Origin: Candidatus Altimarinota bacterium
GTDB taxonomy: Bacteria; Patescibacteriota; Gracilibacteria; UBA1369
Reading direction: 5' to 3'
NCBI GenBank assembly: GCA_963677745.1
Contig: OY782391.1
Location: 576,001 to 640,000, forward strand
Length of the DNA stretch: 64,000 bases
Part shown: one piece after another, positions 41,691-51,689 of the stretch
How positions within the stretch are numbered: the first letter of the stretch is position 1
How the letters are laid out: each line of letters opens with the position of its first letter
Made by a program: the position numbers and the translations under genes
The notes under the pieces: model-generated
The model's database searches: none
The model's input: only the letters and a program-made list of their open reading frames with translations
What the model was told of the DNA's origin: nothing

Positions 41691-42044
41691 ATGCCCTCAA
41701 AAGCAAAAACCGTTACCGAATACATGCGTGAAATTCCTCTGGAGCGGCTGGATTTTTTAACTGAATTACGGGAAATCTGTCTGAAAACACTGCAGGGTTT
41801 CAAAGAAAGCATGGAGTTCGGCATGCCCAGCTACAGCCGTGAAGGCAATATTGAAGTTGCCTGGACCAGCCAGAAAGAACACCTCACCATCTACATTTAT
41901 AACGAGCAGATTTTTAAAAAGCTGAAACAGCAACTGAAAGGACTGGATTGGGGAAAAACCTGGATACGTTTCAAAAAACCGGAAGACCTGGATTTTTCTC
42001 TAATTTCAGAGCTCTTACAGGAAGTTGTGAACACCCCCCCATGA
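41691..42044 (+). CDS. DUF1801 (YdhG-like) protein
   Basis: TVTEYM...ESMEFGMPSY, QKEHLTIY, GKTWIRF. Confidence 0.85.
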   Translation: MPSKAKTVTEYMREIPLERLDFLTELREICLKTLQGFKESMEFGMPSYSREGNIEVAWTSQKEHLTIYIYNEQIFKKLKQQLKGLDWGKTWIRFKKPEDLDFSLISELLQEVVNTPP

Positions 42045-42646
42045 AATCCTGGTCTGAATATTTCGAGTTGAGTAAAAACCTCCCGCCCAAACCCCTGCTT
42101 GAATCGGCCGTTCGATTGGTAGTGAACCGTGGACACGCCCTGGACCTGGGCGCCGGTTCACTCAGGGACAGCAAATTCCTGCTTTCCATCGGTTTTCAGA
42201 AAGTGGTGGCAGTCGATCAGAGTGCCGGAATAAAAAAATACCGCAGCAAGATACCCGCCAATCAGCTTCAAATCCGGATTTCCGCTTTTGAAAAGTTAAA
42301 AATCAAACCCCGCTCCTTCGACCTCATTACGGCCCAATATTCCCTGCCCTTCACATCCCCTCCCCATCTTCCCGCCCTGCTGGAACAAATTAAAAAGGGT
42401 CTTCGCCCCTCCGGCCTTTTTTGCGGCCAGTTTTTCGGTCCCAGAGACAGCTGGAATTCCCAACCGGACATGACTTTTATCAACAAAACTTCGCTCAGAA
42501 AACTGCTTGCACCACTGGACATTCTTTACTTCCGGGAAGAAGAAAAAGATGCCAAAACCATTGACGGTCAACTTAAACACTGGCACCTTTTTCAAGTGAT
42601 CGCCCTTCAGCCGCCACCCCGCAAACGAAAAAAAATTTCTAAATAA
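42041..42646 (+). CDS. Class I SAM-dependent methyltransferase (TehB-like)
   Basis: ALDLGAGS, VVAVD, SLPF, KHWH; ATGA overlap with the upstream gene. Confidence 0.88.
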   Translation: MKSWSEYFELSKNLPPKPLLESAVRLVVNRGHALDLGAGSLRDSKFLLSIGFQKVVAVDQSAGIKKYRSKIPANQLQIRISAFEKLKIKPRSFDLITAQYSLPFTSPPHLPALLEQIKKGLRPSGLFCGQFFGPRDSWNSQPDMTFINKTSLRKLLAPLDILYFREEEKDAKTIDGQLKHWHLFQVIALQPPPRKRKKISK

Positions 42647-42649
42647 ATT

Positions 42650-43393
42650 TTGCCTTTGTCCCAACAGCTTAATTTACTGCAAAAACAGATCCGAAAACTG
42701 GCCAATCCTGAAAAGGCCCGGTTTCTTGCCGGTTTTTTCCGTACCGGCCCAGGACAATATGCCGCCGGTGACCGCCTGCTCGGACTAACTGTTCCAACGC
42801 AAAGAAGTCTGGCCAAAAATTTTTCACATCTGGATCTTTCCGACCTGCAGGAATTAATACAATCGCCTTATCACGAAGAAAGACTGGTTTCACTACTCAT
42901 TGCCACCCACCATTTTGAATATGGCCTTAAATCGAAAGATTTAACAAAAGCAGAAAATATAGTTCACTTCTATTTATCGAATACCGATCACATAAACAAC
43001 TGGGATTTGGTCGACCTCAGTGCTTACAAAATTCTCGGGCGCTGGTGCTGGCTCCAAAACAAAGATACCAAAACTCTGCTCCGTCTGGCCCGCTCAAAAA
43101 GCCTTTGGGAAAAACGCATCGCCATTGTCTCGACCTACTATTTCATCCGCCAAAAAGTTCTCCTTCCCACTCTTCAGATTGCTTCCCTGCTGATGACCGA
43201 CCGGCACGACCTGATTCATAAAGCGGTGGGATGGATGCTGCGAGAAGTAGGCAAAAAAGACCAGACAACTCTTGATACTTTCCTGAAAGAACACTGCCTC
43301 CACATGCCCCGAACCATGCTGCGCTATGCCATCGAAAAACATCCGCCGGAAATCCGCCAAAAATATCTCTTGGGCAAAACCGCGGATCTTTGA
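42650..43393 (+). CDS. DNA alkylation repair protein (AlkD-like)
   Basis: FFRTGPGQY, NNWDLVD, HKAVGWMLRE, PRTMLRYAIE. Confidence 0.92.
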   Translation: MPLSQQLNLLQKQIRKLANPEKARFLAGFFRTGPGQYAAGDRLLGLTVPTQRSLAKNFSHLDLSDLQELIQSPYHEERLVSLLIATHHFEYGLKSKDLTKAENIVHFYLSNTDHINNWDLVDLSAYKILGRWCWLQNKDTKTLLRLARSKSLWEKRIAIVSTYYFIRQKVLLPTLQIASLLMTDRHDLIHKAVGWMLREVGKKDQTTLDTFLKEHCLHMPRTMLRYAIEKHPPEIRQKYLLGKTADL

Positions 43394-43425
43394 TATAATT
43401 TTCAATCAACTAACCCATCAAAAAC

Positions 43426-44013
43426 ATGCCGCACACTTTACCCGATCTTCCTTTTGATCCCGCTTCCCTGACAGGATTCTGCTCCCCGGAAACCTTTGAG
43501 TTTCATCATGGCAAACATCACGCCGCCTATGTCACCAAGCTCAACGATGCCATCAAGGACTCCCCCCTGGCGGTATTAGATCTTCCGGAACTGATTAAAA
43601 AATCGCATCAGGACGGCAATAGAGCCGTTTTCAACAATGCCGCCCAGCATTTCAACCATAGTTTCTTCTGGGACTGCCTTTCCCCCGCAGGCGGCGCACC
43701 AGGCCCGCGTCTACTCGAACTGATTAACAGAGATTTTGGCTCCCTGGAAAAATTCCAGGAACTCTTCAACAACGCCGCAACCACACTCTTTGGTTCAGGC
43801 TGGACCTGGCTGACGCAGGATCAGTCCGGAAAACTGGAAATTTTACAGCTCAAAGACGCTGACACGCCGGTTATTTTGGATAAACAACCTCTCCTGACCC
43901 TGGACGTCTGGGAGCACGCTTACTACATCGACTTCCGCAACCGCCGTCCGGACTATATAAAATCTTTCTGGAATTTCGTTAACTGGTCCCACTCGGAAAG
44001 ACTCTTAAAGTAG
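43426..44013 (+). CDS. sodB: Fe superoxide dismutase
   Basis: HHGKHH, FNNAAQHFNH (Fe-type AAQ), FGSGW, DVWEHAYY. Confidence 0.93.
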   Translation: MPHTLPDLPFDPASLTGFCSPETFEFHHGKHHAAYVTKLNDAIKDSPLAVLDLPELIKKSHQDGNRAVFNNAAQHFNHSFFWDCLSPAGGAPGPRLLELINRDFGSLEKFQELFNNAATTLFGSGWTWLTQDQSGKLEILQLKDADTPVILDKQPLLTLDVWEHAYYIDFRNRRPDYIKSFWNFVNWSHSERLLK

Positions 44014-44050
44014 ATTCTTTTTCCAAAAAGTCAATTTAACTGGGCATAAT

Positions 44051-44081
44051 AAAAGAACCAAAAGTCAATTTTGGTTCTTTT
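44051..44081. terminator. AT-rich hairpin terminator after sod
   Basis: aaaagaaccaaaa-gtcaa-ttttggttctttt. Confidence 0.6.
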
Positions 44082-44344
44082 ACAATAGAATTGATAGTTT
44101 TGCCAAATCCACAAAAAGTTTCCTGTAGACTTATTTGACATTCACCTTTTTCAATTCCTCTTAACTAATTGACTGAACGACTTTTATATTCCAAATTTAT
44201 AAACAAAGCAGACACAAGTTTTGCACAAACTGCGAACACTGATTAAACAACATTATAGCTAAATATTAAACCCCTAATAATTTACACAACAACAAATTTA
44301 TCTATAATTGAAGCTAAGTTTTAAGAATTAACCAGTTTTATTAA

Positions 44345-45853
44345 ATGCCTATTTCTAAAAAAGATAATCTGCACCTACTGATAAAATCGCTCACCAAAAA
44401 CGAAAAGAAGTTCTTTAGAAATTTCCTCAAAAACCAATCCGAGTCCAAGCTCTATCTCCTACTATTCAACAAGATAGATCAGCAGTCAAAACACCAGAAA
44501 CTTGAGATAAAAAAGATTTTTGACAACAAAGCAAATCAGTTACCGGTTATAAGAACCTACCTCTCCAAGATCTTAGGGAAAGTCTTAAATTTATATCATC
44601 GCGAGAGCACTGACACAGATATATTCTACAACAATTTGCTGGAAATCAACCTTCTGCTGGAAAGAGAGCTCTTTGATCTGGCAGAATCAAAAATCAACAA
44701 ATGCATAGAACTGTCAAATGACCTCAATTCTCCTCTTTTAGAATTTAACGCGCTGGAACTCCGTAGGAAATTTCTTCTGAAAAAGTTCTCCCCCACCTCC
44801 GAGGAATGCAAAAAGGAAATGTCTGCCCTGCTCGAAAAACAGACCGGCCTGCTCAATCAGCTTCTCAACCTGAATCAGCTGCAGCAGGTTCAGGCCACCT
44901 TTTACGATCATTTTCAACAAAGTTCAGGACTTAATCCGGTTATTTACTCCAGCCTGGATGGTAATCCCCTGCTTGGCGACGACCGGAAAGCGCTGTCTTT
45001 TGAAGCAAAACTGCTCCAGGCCGACCTTAATTACCGTCTGCAGATCTTCAAGAACAAAAACTTCCTGCAGGCCGACCAAACCATCCAAAAAGCCATCCGC
45101 CAGCTGGAAATGTCACCCCGTCTGATTGCCAACCAGCCCGAGACCTATTTAAACCTGCTCAATCAGCGGCTACAGCTGCTTATCCATCAGAAAAAAATCG
45201 CCGAAATTCAGGAAGTTCTGGGCAAAATCCGCCAGGCCCCCGCCACCTATAATTTCGACAGCCGCGAACCGTCTCTCCGTCGCCCGATGATGGAGGCTTT
45301 CGCGCTGGAATTGGGTATCTACCGCCAGACCGGGGATAAGAACAAAGCCGAACAGTTGATCCGGCAGATCACCGCCGAGTACAAAGATCTCAACTCGCCT
45401 CTACTCAGACAGTGGAAAACGGTGATGGACTATGAAATTGCCAGATATTATTGGGAAACCGGGAAATTGAATCAGGCTCTGCAAAAAATCAAATTGATTC
45501 AAGCCGGAGAATACTCACAACGAGAAGCTGGCGTGCTGCTGCGAAGCATTTTCCTGCGTGCACAGATTGCCCTAATGCAAAAAAACAATCTGGAGCTGAA
45601 GAAAGTGTCAGCCCAGCTTCGCGCACACTTTATAAACGTAAAAAAGGCTTCCCGGCTGGAGAAAAATCTGCTGGTTTTCCTTGAGCTCTGGCCCTCCTGC
45701 CACGGCGCACCAAAAAAACGCCGGAAATTGTCACTGCAACTGGTTAAAATCCTGAAAGCCGCCGAAAAGAACAATACCCCGGAACTGCAAGACCTGCCGG
45801 AATGGCTTGCGGCATTCTGGGAAAGTCAGACGGCTGCTCCGTCGGCCCGCTAA
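44345..45853 (+). CDS. Hypothetical alpha-helical (TPR-like) protein
   Basis: 502 aa; N-terminal LIKSLTKNEKKFF; TPR-like segments. Confidence 0.75.
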   Translation: MPISKKDNLHLLIKSLTKNEKKFFRNFLKNQSESKLYLLLFNKIDQQSKHQKLEIKKIFDNKANQLPVIRTYLSKILGKVLNLYHRESTDTDIFYNNLLEINLLLERELFDLAESKINKCIELSNDLNSPLLEFNALELRRKFLLKKFSPTSEECKKEMSALLEKQTGLLNQLLNLNQLQQVQATFYDHFQQSSGLNPVIYSSLDGNPLLGDDRKALSFEAKLLQADLNYRLQIFKNKNFLQADQTIQKAIRQLEMSPRLIANQPETYLNLLNQRLQLLIHQKKIAEIQEVLGKIRQAPATYNFDSREPSLRRPMMEAFALELGIYRQTGDKNKAEQLIRQITAEYKDLNSPLLRQWKTVMDYEIARYYWETGKLNQALQKIKLIQAGEYSQREAGVLLRSIFLRAQIALMQKNNLELKKVSAQLRAHFINVKKASRLEKNLLVFLELWPSCHGAPKKRRKLSLQLVKILKAAEKNNTPELQDLPEWLAAFWESQTAAPSAR

Positions 45854-46413
45854 GCCTGTTCCGCAGTCGCTGCCTCAATTTTCTTTTCATCAGGTTTGAT
45901 CGACTGTTGTTTCAGACTGAGCTCACGAAGAATCCGAAAATACTTGTTGGGGTTTTCGATTCTGCTGATAAAAATCCCCTCCATCGACTGGGGGGTAATA
46001 ATCTTGATAGTGCCGTAGTTAAACACATAACCCATGAAATTCTGCATCATAATCACTTCCACAATCTGGCGCATTAACAGAACTCTTTTTTCTTTCAGGA
46101 GAATGCCCATTCTATAGGTCAAAGACTCGTTTTTGATTATATAAAATTCCGTAACCCAACGGGCCAGCACAATCATTGTCACAATCTCCCCGACAATCAC
46201 CAGAAGCAGTATCGAAAAAATCTTAAAATTAGCCAGCATCTCCACGCTTGTCCCGGAGCGGTAAAACAGCCCCGGCACAAACAACACCAGCACTATGCCG
46301 ATAGCGATGATTAAATGAATAATGGAAATATTAAAAAAAAGAAAAAATGAACTCGGTCGGACCATGATGTCCAGTTCATTGTGCATTTTTTGTTGCCCTT
46401 GGTCCTTCTCCAT
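45850..46413 (-). CDS. 2-TM bacterial PH-domain (bPH_2-like) protein
   Basis: Two TM helices then YIIKNESL..RMGIL, FNYGTIKI. Confidence 0.8.
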   Translation of the reverse strand: MEKDQGQQKMHNELDIMVRPSSFFLFFNISIIHLIIAIGIVLVLFVPGLFYRSGTSVEMLANFKIFSILLLVIVGEIVTMIVLARWVTEFYIIKNESLTYRMGILLKEKRVLLMRQIVEVIMMQNFMGYVFNYGTIKIITPQSMEGIFISRIENPNKYFRILRELSLKQQSIKPDEKKIEAATAEQA

Positions 46414-46490
46414 TTAGTAAAAGTTAGTGAAGGCTATTGAGCTGGACGTAATACTAACACAAACTAGTTGATAAGGCAAATTACCCGCCC

Positions 46491-47771
46491 TTACTGCCGA
46501 AACCGCCAGCCATTCAGTATAACCTGTGACTTTTCCATGACAAATTTGTCATATTGGGCCAGATGGTGGACGGGTATATCCACTGACGACTCCACATACA
46601 GGGAATTCCTTTCAGGAACATCCTCGGAAATTTTTGAGGCGACATTAACCGCCCCGCCGGCAATCTCCTTCCCTCCCCCGTCCAGATTAAAAATCAGCAC
46701 ATCGCCGCGGGCAATGCCTATTGATACCTGGTCATCATTCTTTTTCATATATTGCAAAATTTCCTCGGCCAACTCCACGGCCTCATTATCCTCATCCATA
46801 ACGAATATTCCCAGATCTCCATTGGATTTGATCACTTCAGCCTTATATTTCACGACAATTTCGTTAAGTATTGCGTTGACCACCACCCAATCCGTCAACT
46901 GATCCAACAGCAGCCTTTCTTTTTTATGGTAAATCTTCACCAGCAAAACCACCTTGTCGGAAAAATAACCCTCCAGTTTTTCCCTGGCCTCGGGCAACAG
47001 ATGCATTTGCTTCAGCGCCACAAAAAAATCGCTGCTGAAAGGAAAAGGATAAAAATGTTGCTGATTCAGCTGCTCCGAATCGGGAAATTTAAAAGTATGA
47101 AAATCCTGTCCCCAATCGTCATAATCCACCGTAAAAAATTGTTTTTGAAACTGCGACAAATCCTCCCGGTGTTTTAGAAGCCTGTGAAATTTGGCGTCCA
47201 GTTCCTCCTTGAGGTTTTCGGAAACAACAATCTCTTTGGCTTCTGTAAAGTCCTCCGCCACGGCTTCCAGTAATTCCGCTTCCTCACCAAAAAACCCCTG
47301 ACCGATTTCCCAGAATTTACCTTTATGGATTCCCATTCCTAACTGTACCTCCCCCTGATGAATTACCTTCTGGGCCGCCGCCATCCGGTCCAGCAGCTGC
47401 TCGGCGGACACCTTGTCCGCCGGATAAAACATTTCTGTGTTGTCGGCGGCCCAGACTCCCACGCCCTGGCCACCAATCTGTTTTCCATAAGCATAGACCA
47501 CTTCTTTAGGCCGGCTCACCAGCTCCATCACTTCCAACAGACTCCGCCCGGCAGTCAAACGTGACAGACCGGATGAATCGGTACTAACCAGATAACCGTG
47601 CCGCTCCAGCGGTTCAAGTATTAGTCGCTGGTCATGACTGGTCTTGCCGCTCTGATACCATTTACTGATGATATCTACCGGAATCGGTCCCGCAATGTCC
47701 TGCTTCAGATCTGCCAGCGAAGCAATTATTTTTCTTTTTCTGTCCATAAGGCTATAGTTATGTACAGCCAT
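46491..47771 (-). CDS. Tandem class III nucleotidyl cyclase-like protein
   Basis: Domain 1: TDSSGLSRL, AADN, GMGIHKG; domain 2: IKSNGD, SIGIARG, GGAVNVASK. Confidence 0.75.
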   Translation of the reverse strand: MAVHNYSLMDRKRKIIASLADLKQDIAGPIPVDIISKWYQSGKTSHDQRLILEPLERHGYLVSTDSSGLSRLTAGRSLLEVMELVSRPKEVVYAYGKQIGGQGVGVWAADNTEMFYPADKVSAEQLLDRMAAAQKVIHQGEVQLGMGIHKGKFWEIGQGFFGEEAELLEAVAEDFTEAKEIVVSENLKEELDAKFHRLLKHREDLSQFQKQFFTVDYDDWGQDFHTFKFPDSEQLNQQHFYPFPFSSDFFVALKQMHLLPEAREKLEGYFSDKVVLLVKIYHKKERLLLDQLTDWVVVNAILNEIVVKYKAEVIKSNGDLGIFVMDEDNEAVELAEEILQYMKKNDDQVSIGIARGDVLIFNLDGGGKEIAGGAVNVASKISEDVPERNSLYVESSVDIPVHHLAQYDKFVMEKSQVILNGWRFRQ

Positions 47772-47817
47772 ATTAATCCAAAAACGGAAAAATAAAAGCC
47801 GCTAAAAACCAAAAATC

Positions 47818-48696
47818 ATGAACTGGATTTTTCTCACCCTGCTGGCCGCCGGCATGGAATCAATCAGCAGTGTCAACGACCGCTTTGTACTCAAAAACGA
47901 TCTCAAGAACTCCGACACACTGTTGGTACTGTGGGGATTTTTTTCCGCCCTGATGTTTTCGGCACCGGCTTTTCTGGCAGGCACGTTCAGCGTCAGTCCC
48001 CTGGTTATCCTGATCGGGGCAGTTGCCTCCCTTTGCTATCTGGGAGCCATGCATTTCTACTACGGAGCAGCCAACACCGGTGAAATCGACCGGGTCGTCC
48101 CCATTCTCTCCCTCAATCCGGTTTTGGTTTTAATACTGGCTACTTTGTTTTTGGGTGAAACCCATGAACCGTCCAAATACCTCGGCATCGGCTTGATTAT
48201 GCTGGGAATCCTGGTAGAAGCTCTCGATTTTCACCACCATCGCCTGACCAATAAAAAAGCCCTCTATCTGACTATTTTGGCTTCGATTTTGTTTGCCTTT
48301 AAAAATGTACTGGTCAAATGGGTCACGATTCAGAACCTTGACCCCCTCAATATCCTTTGCTGGATCGGTCTGGGAATTCTATTATTCAACATTTTCATCA
48401 CCATCAAACTTTGGCCGCGCCTTAATTTACGCAGAAACAAGCACTGGCCGGAAATTGCCTTTGCCGCAGCCCTGACCGGATCGGTCACCCTTATCTACAC
48501 CGCGGCCATCATTGCCGGTCCGGCAGCGTTGGTAACCTTTTTGCACCGCATCCAGATCTTCTTTGTCTTTGTCATCACCGAGACCATGGACTTCTTCAAT
48601 CCCAAACTGCTGCATGAAAAATTCTCCAAACCTGTCTTTTATCAAAAGCTTTCAGGTGTATTGGTAATCCTGGTTGGAAGTTATCTTCTATTGTGA
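47818..48696 (+). CDS. EamA/DMT transporter
   Basis: About 10 TM helices, LATLFLGE motif. Confidence 0.85.
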   Translation: MNWIFLTLLAAGMESISSVNDRFVLKNDLKNSDTLLVLWGFFSALMFSAPAFLAGTFSVSPLVILIGAVASLCYLGAMHFYYGAANTGEIDRVVPILSLNPVLVLILATLFLGETHEPSKYLGIGLIMLGILVEALDFHHHRLTNKKALYLTILASILFAFKNVLVKWVTIQNLDPLNILCWIGLGILLFNIFITIKLWPRLNLRRNKHWPEIAFAAALTGSVTLIYTAAIIAGPAALVTFLHRIQIFFVFVITETMDFFNPKLLHEKFSKPVFYQKLSGVLVILVGSYLLL

Positions 48697-48730
48697 GCCC
48701 GCCGCGCGCACCTTGTGCGCGCGGACAGGC
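48697..48730. terminator. GC-rich hairpin between convergent genes
   Basis: ccgcgcgcac-ctt-gtgcgcgcgg with outer pairing. Confidence 0.55.
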
Positions 48731-48751
48731 ATCCTTCTTCGGGGAAGTTCT

Positions 48752-49117
48752 TCAGATTGTTGAGTCAGGCAGCCGCTTGATTGAATGCGCCCGCAAGAAC
48801 TCCTCGATCTGCTGCAGAACCGCAGCCCTGTCGGCCGGCTCCATGGCGTAGCAATCCAGTTGAGCGGCGATCTTCTTCATGCTGGGATCGTTCTGCTGCT
48901 TTTCGGTACTGTCCGGCGAGCAGAAGCAGTTCTCGGTGGGATGTACGCTCATCACGACACTCCCCGATGACTGCAGCAGCACACTGATCTTCAGCATTGG
49001 CCGCAATCCACGCTGTTCGGGATTGATCACCTCCGGTACCCCGATCATTCCGCCCAGTTGCATCACGACCACATCCATCCTCATGCAATCCCCATGCGGC
49101 ATCTCACATTCGATCAT
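48752..49117 (-). CDS. Hypothetical orphan protein
   Basis: AGGAGGT SD four nt before the ATG; promoter-like ttgacg-N16-tatatt upstream. Confidence 0.6.
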   Translation of the reverse strand: MIECEMPHGDCMRMDVVVMQLGGMIGVPEVINPEQRGLRPMLKISVLLQSSGSVVMSVHPTENCFCSPDSTEKQQNDPSMKKIAAQLDCYAMEPADRAAVLQQIEEFLRAHSIKRLPDSTI

Positions 49118-49407
49118 CCAGACCTCCTACTCTTTTGTCTTCAGAATTTCTACCCGAGCACAAGACCAATGGAACAAAAAGCCTAAGTAATGGCTTCTAT
49201 CACCATATAAATTCTTGAGAGCTGGAATATAGCACTATTCTCAAAAGCGTCAAGCAGCTCAAAAAAACGCAGTTAAAATTAATTCACCACGCTGGAAATT
49301 ATTAATAAATTGGATGAGGCGGCGCGCATCCACATTCTGCGTCATTCCTGACGCTGGAAGCGCGCCACCCACATAAAGATCGTTTTAAGCAAGAAACGGT
49401 AAGCTGA

Positions 49408-49641
49408 TTACTTCAGGTTGGCCACGAGTGGCTCATCCTGCAACTGGTCGGTGTCGAACAGAGGACGGAGCATCCGCTCGGTTGGACAATCATCGCAGTC
49501 GTCGTTCACGCAGACCTCAGTCCCGCCAACGTCATCCGCGTCTTCGTCCAGCAAAGCGGCCACCAGTTCAACCTCACTGTAGATTCTCAAGGTCGGCCCA
49601 TCGTCCTCTTCCCCCTCGATTGCTTCAGGCGTTCCAATCAT
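49408..49641 (-). CDS. Hypothetical acidic orphan protein
   Basis: G-rich SD-like site; 13 bp after the upstream ORF. Confidence 0.5.
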   Translation of the reverse strand: MIGTPEAIEGEEDDGPTLRIYSEVELVAALLDEDADDVGGTEVCVNDDCDDCPTERMLRPLFDTDQLQDEPLVANLK

Positions 49642-49654
49642 TCACTTCCCCCCT

Positions 49655-49996
49655 TCAACCGCAGGCAATCTGGTTCTCGGGCACCTCCCCCGGATTCTTG
49701 TTGATGACACCGGACACCGGCGCCGATCCCCCTTCGTAGCGAATCGGGGAGCGGAGCAAGGGCTCGAATTCCGGCTTGACGACAAGCTTGCCCTCCTCAT
49801 CGATGTCGATGATCCCCAGCCCGTAGAGGGTCTGGGACTTGTCCTTCGTCAGCCAGGTGAGTCCCCGTCCTTGGAGCAACGCCAACCGAACCTGACGCAT
49901 CAGGGTCGGACAGAGCCTGGTGGCCTCCTCGTACTCCACCAAAGTCTCATTGGCAATCGCATTCCCCATCTTCGCACGACCGCTCTTCTTACTCAT
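49655..49996 (-). CDS. Hypothetical orphan protein
   Basis: GAGGT SD; ttgaca upstream near 50110. Confidence 0.6.
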   Translation of the reverse strand: MSKKSGRAKMGNAIANETLVEYEEATRLCPTLMRQVRLALLQGRGLTWLTKDKSQTLYGLGIIDIDEEGKLVVKPEFEPLLRSPIRYEGGSAPVSGVINKNPGEVPENQIACG

Positions 49997-50220
49997 CAGT
50001 TACCTCTCACTTACAATCAACGATCCTCCCGGGCAACTACCAAACCACCCTATTGGTCTGCGTAATATGACCCAAGACAACGCAAAGTTAAACACTGTTT
50101 ATTCACCATGTCAAGAAAACTTTCCAAAAAGCTCGCTAAACCCGCCGGCAGTACATTTATCCCGTACCGCCGGCAGATTATTATCTGTCGCCGTTTTACC
50201 TCCGGAAAACCAACCGGGCC

Positions 50221-50562
50221 CTACCCGAAAAACCGCTCCACATACATCACAATCTGGGGTAAATCCTCCTTTTTCGCCCAACCTTTCTCCACCAGCTCAC
50301 CGGTAGTTTCGCCCCGCACAAAAGCAGCCCGGTCCGACGCCAGCAGCAGCTGCCCCGGAACAACTTCTTTCTCGGGCGCAAAGACCCTCACCAGGAAGTC
50401 ATTTTCCTGACTTCCCCGGTCAACCCGGAGCAGACTCAGGGTTCGCTCCTGTTCATAAGGTACGAGTGAATGACCCACTTCCCGCAGCTGGCGAACCTGA
50501 TCGCGCACCGCCAAGAAAATCGAGGTTTCGGGAATATCTTGCCCAATCAATCTCTCAATCAT
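50221..50562 (-). CDS. Hypothetical orphan protein
   Basis: GGAGG SD six nt before the ATG at 50562 (MIERLIG...). Confidence 0.6.
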   Translation of the reverse strand: MIERLIGQDIPETSIFLAVRDQVRQLREVGHSLVPYEQERTLSLLRVDRGSQENDFLVRVFAPEKEVVPGQLLLASDRAAFVRGETTGELVEKGWAKKEDLPQIVMYVERFFG

Positions 50563-50800
50563 TGTTTTCCTCCGGGTTCGGCAGACAGATCGCAAAGCAA
50601 GTTGAGCCAAAATCGGCCGGGCCGTCTCTGACACCACATCTGCTTTGATAACCGATAATTAATTCCACCTGAAATTTTTGTCAAAATATCCGGCAATTGA
50701 GCTTGGGGAAAATATGTTGTATTGTTATGCCGAACTGCAAGCTCGGGGCTTTTAACCGCCTCGCAATTGCCTCAAACAAAAATCCTCAACCTCCCCAAAC

Positions 50801-51673
50801 ATGAACAATCCCTGGATCAACTGGATTAATCCGGTAGCCCTGCAAATCGGCCCACTCGCCATCCACTGGTATGGCATCATGTATCTGATCACTTTCTTCA
50901 TCAGTTACATGTTTCTCAGATACTCCCGCGCCGGCAAAGCCCTGCCCCTGGATGACGGACAAAAGGACAATCTGCTGATTTTCGTAATTTTGGGAATTAT
51001 TCTGGGGGGAAGACTCGGCTACATTCTTTTTTATAATCTGCCTTTTTACCTCCAGCATCCCGAAAAAATGATTGCGCTCTGGGAAGGAGGCTTGTCTTTC
51101 CACGGCGGACTGATCGGCTCGGCCGTTGCCATCACGCTCTATATTCATTTCCATCACAAAAATCACCGCAAAAAAGGTACTACCTCCACCCTGCATTTCC
51201 TGCAAATCGGCGACCTCACCTGTCTGGTCGCTCCCCTTGGCCTGATGTTCGTACGCCTGGGCAATTTCATCAATGCCGAACTCTACGGACGCATCAGTCC
51301 GGGCGGCAACTGGTGCATCAACTTCCCCAGCGACCCTGCCAATTGCCGTTTCCCCTCACAGCTTTTCGAATCCGCCGGTGAAGGTCTGCTGCTGTTCCTG
51401 TTTCTCTATATTCTCACTGTCAAAACCAATATTCTCAAACACACCGGCTATCTCTCGGCCGCCTTCCTCACTCTCTACGGTCTGATCCGCACTTTTCTGG
51501 AATATTTCCGTGAACCCGACGTCCAGGTCGGTTATCTGCTCGGCGGCCCCGGTTTTCTGGCCGGCCTTTCCCTCGGCCAGCTGCTCTCACTATTAATGGC
51601 CCTCTGCGGGCTCGCCTTGCTCGCCCGCCTCTCCTCCCGTGCCAAACACACCAAAGAAGCTTCCCATTCCTGA
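50801..51673 (+). CDS. lgt: Prolipoprotein diacylglyceryl transferase
   Basis: HWYGIMY, GGRLGY, GGLSFHGG, RLGNFINAELYGR, PSQLFE, RTFLEYFREPD. Confidence 0.96.
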   Translation: MNNPWINWINPVALQIGPLAIHWYGIMYLITFFISYMFLRYSRAGKALPLDDGQKDNLLIFVILGIILGGRLGYILFYNLPFYLQHPEKMIALWEGGLSFHGGLIGSAVAITLYIHFHHKNHRKKGTTSTLHFLQIGDLTCLVAPLGLMFVRLGNFINAELYGRISPGGNWCINFPSDPANCRFPSQLFESAGEGLLLFLFLYILTVKTNILKHTGYLSAAFLTLYGLIRTFLEYFREPDVQVGYLLGGPGFLAGLSLGQLLSLLMALCGLALLARLSSRAKHTKEASHS

Positions 51674-51689
51674 AAATAACCGGCGTCTT

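Noticed and set aside
41550-43400. Integron-like cassette array
   Set aside because: Genes abut or overlap, leaving no room for attC sites; no intI
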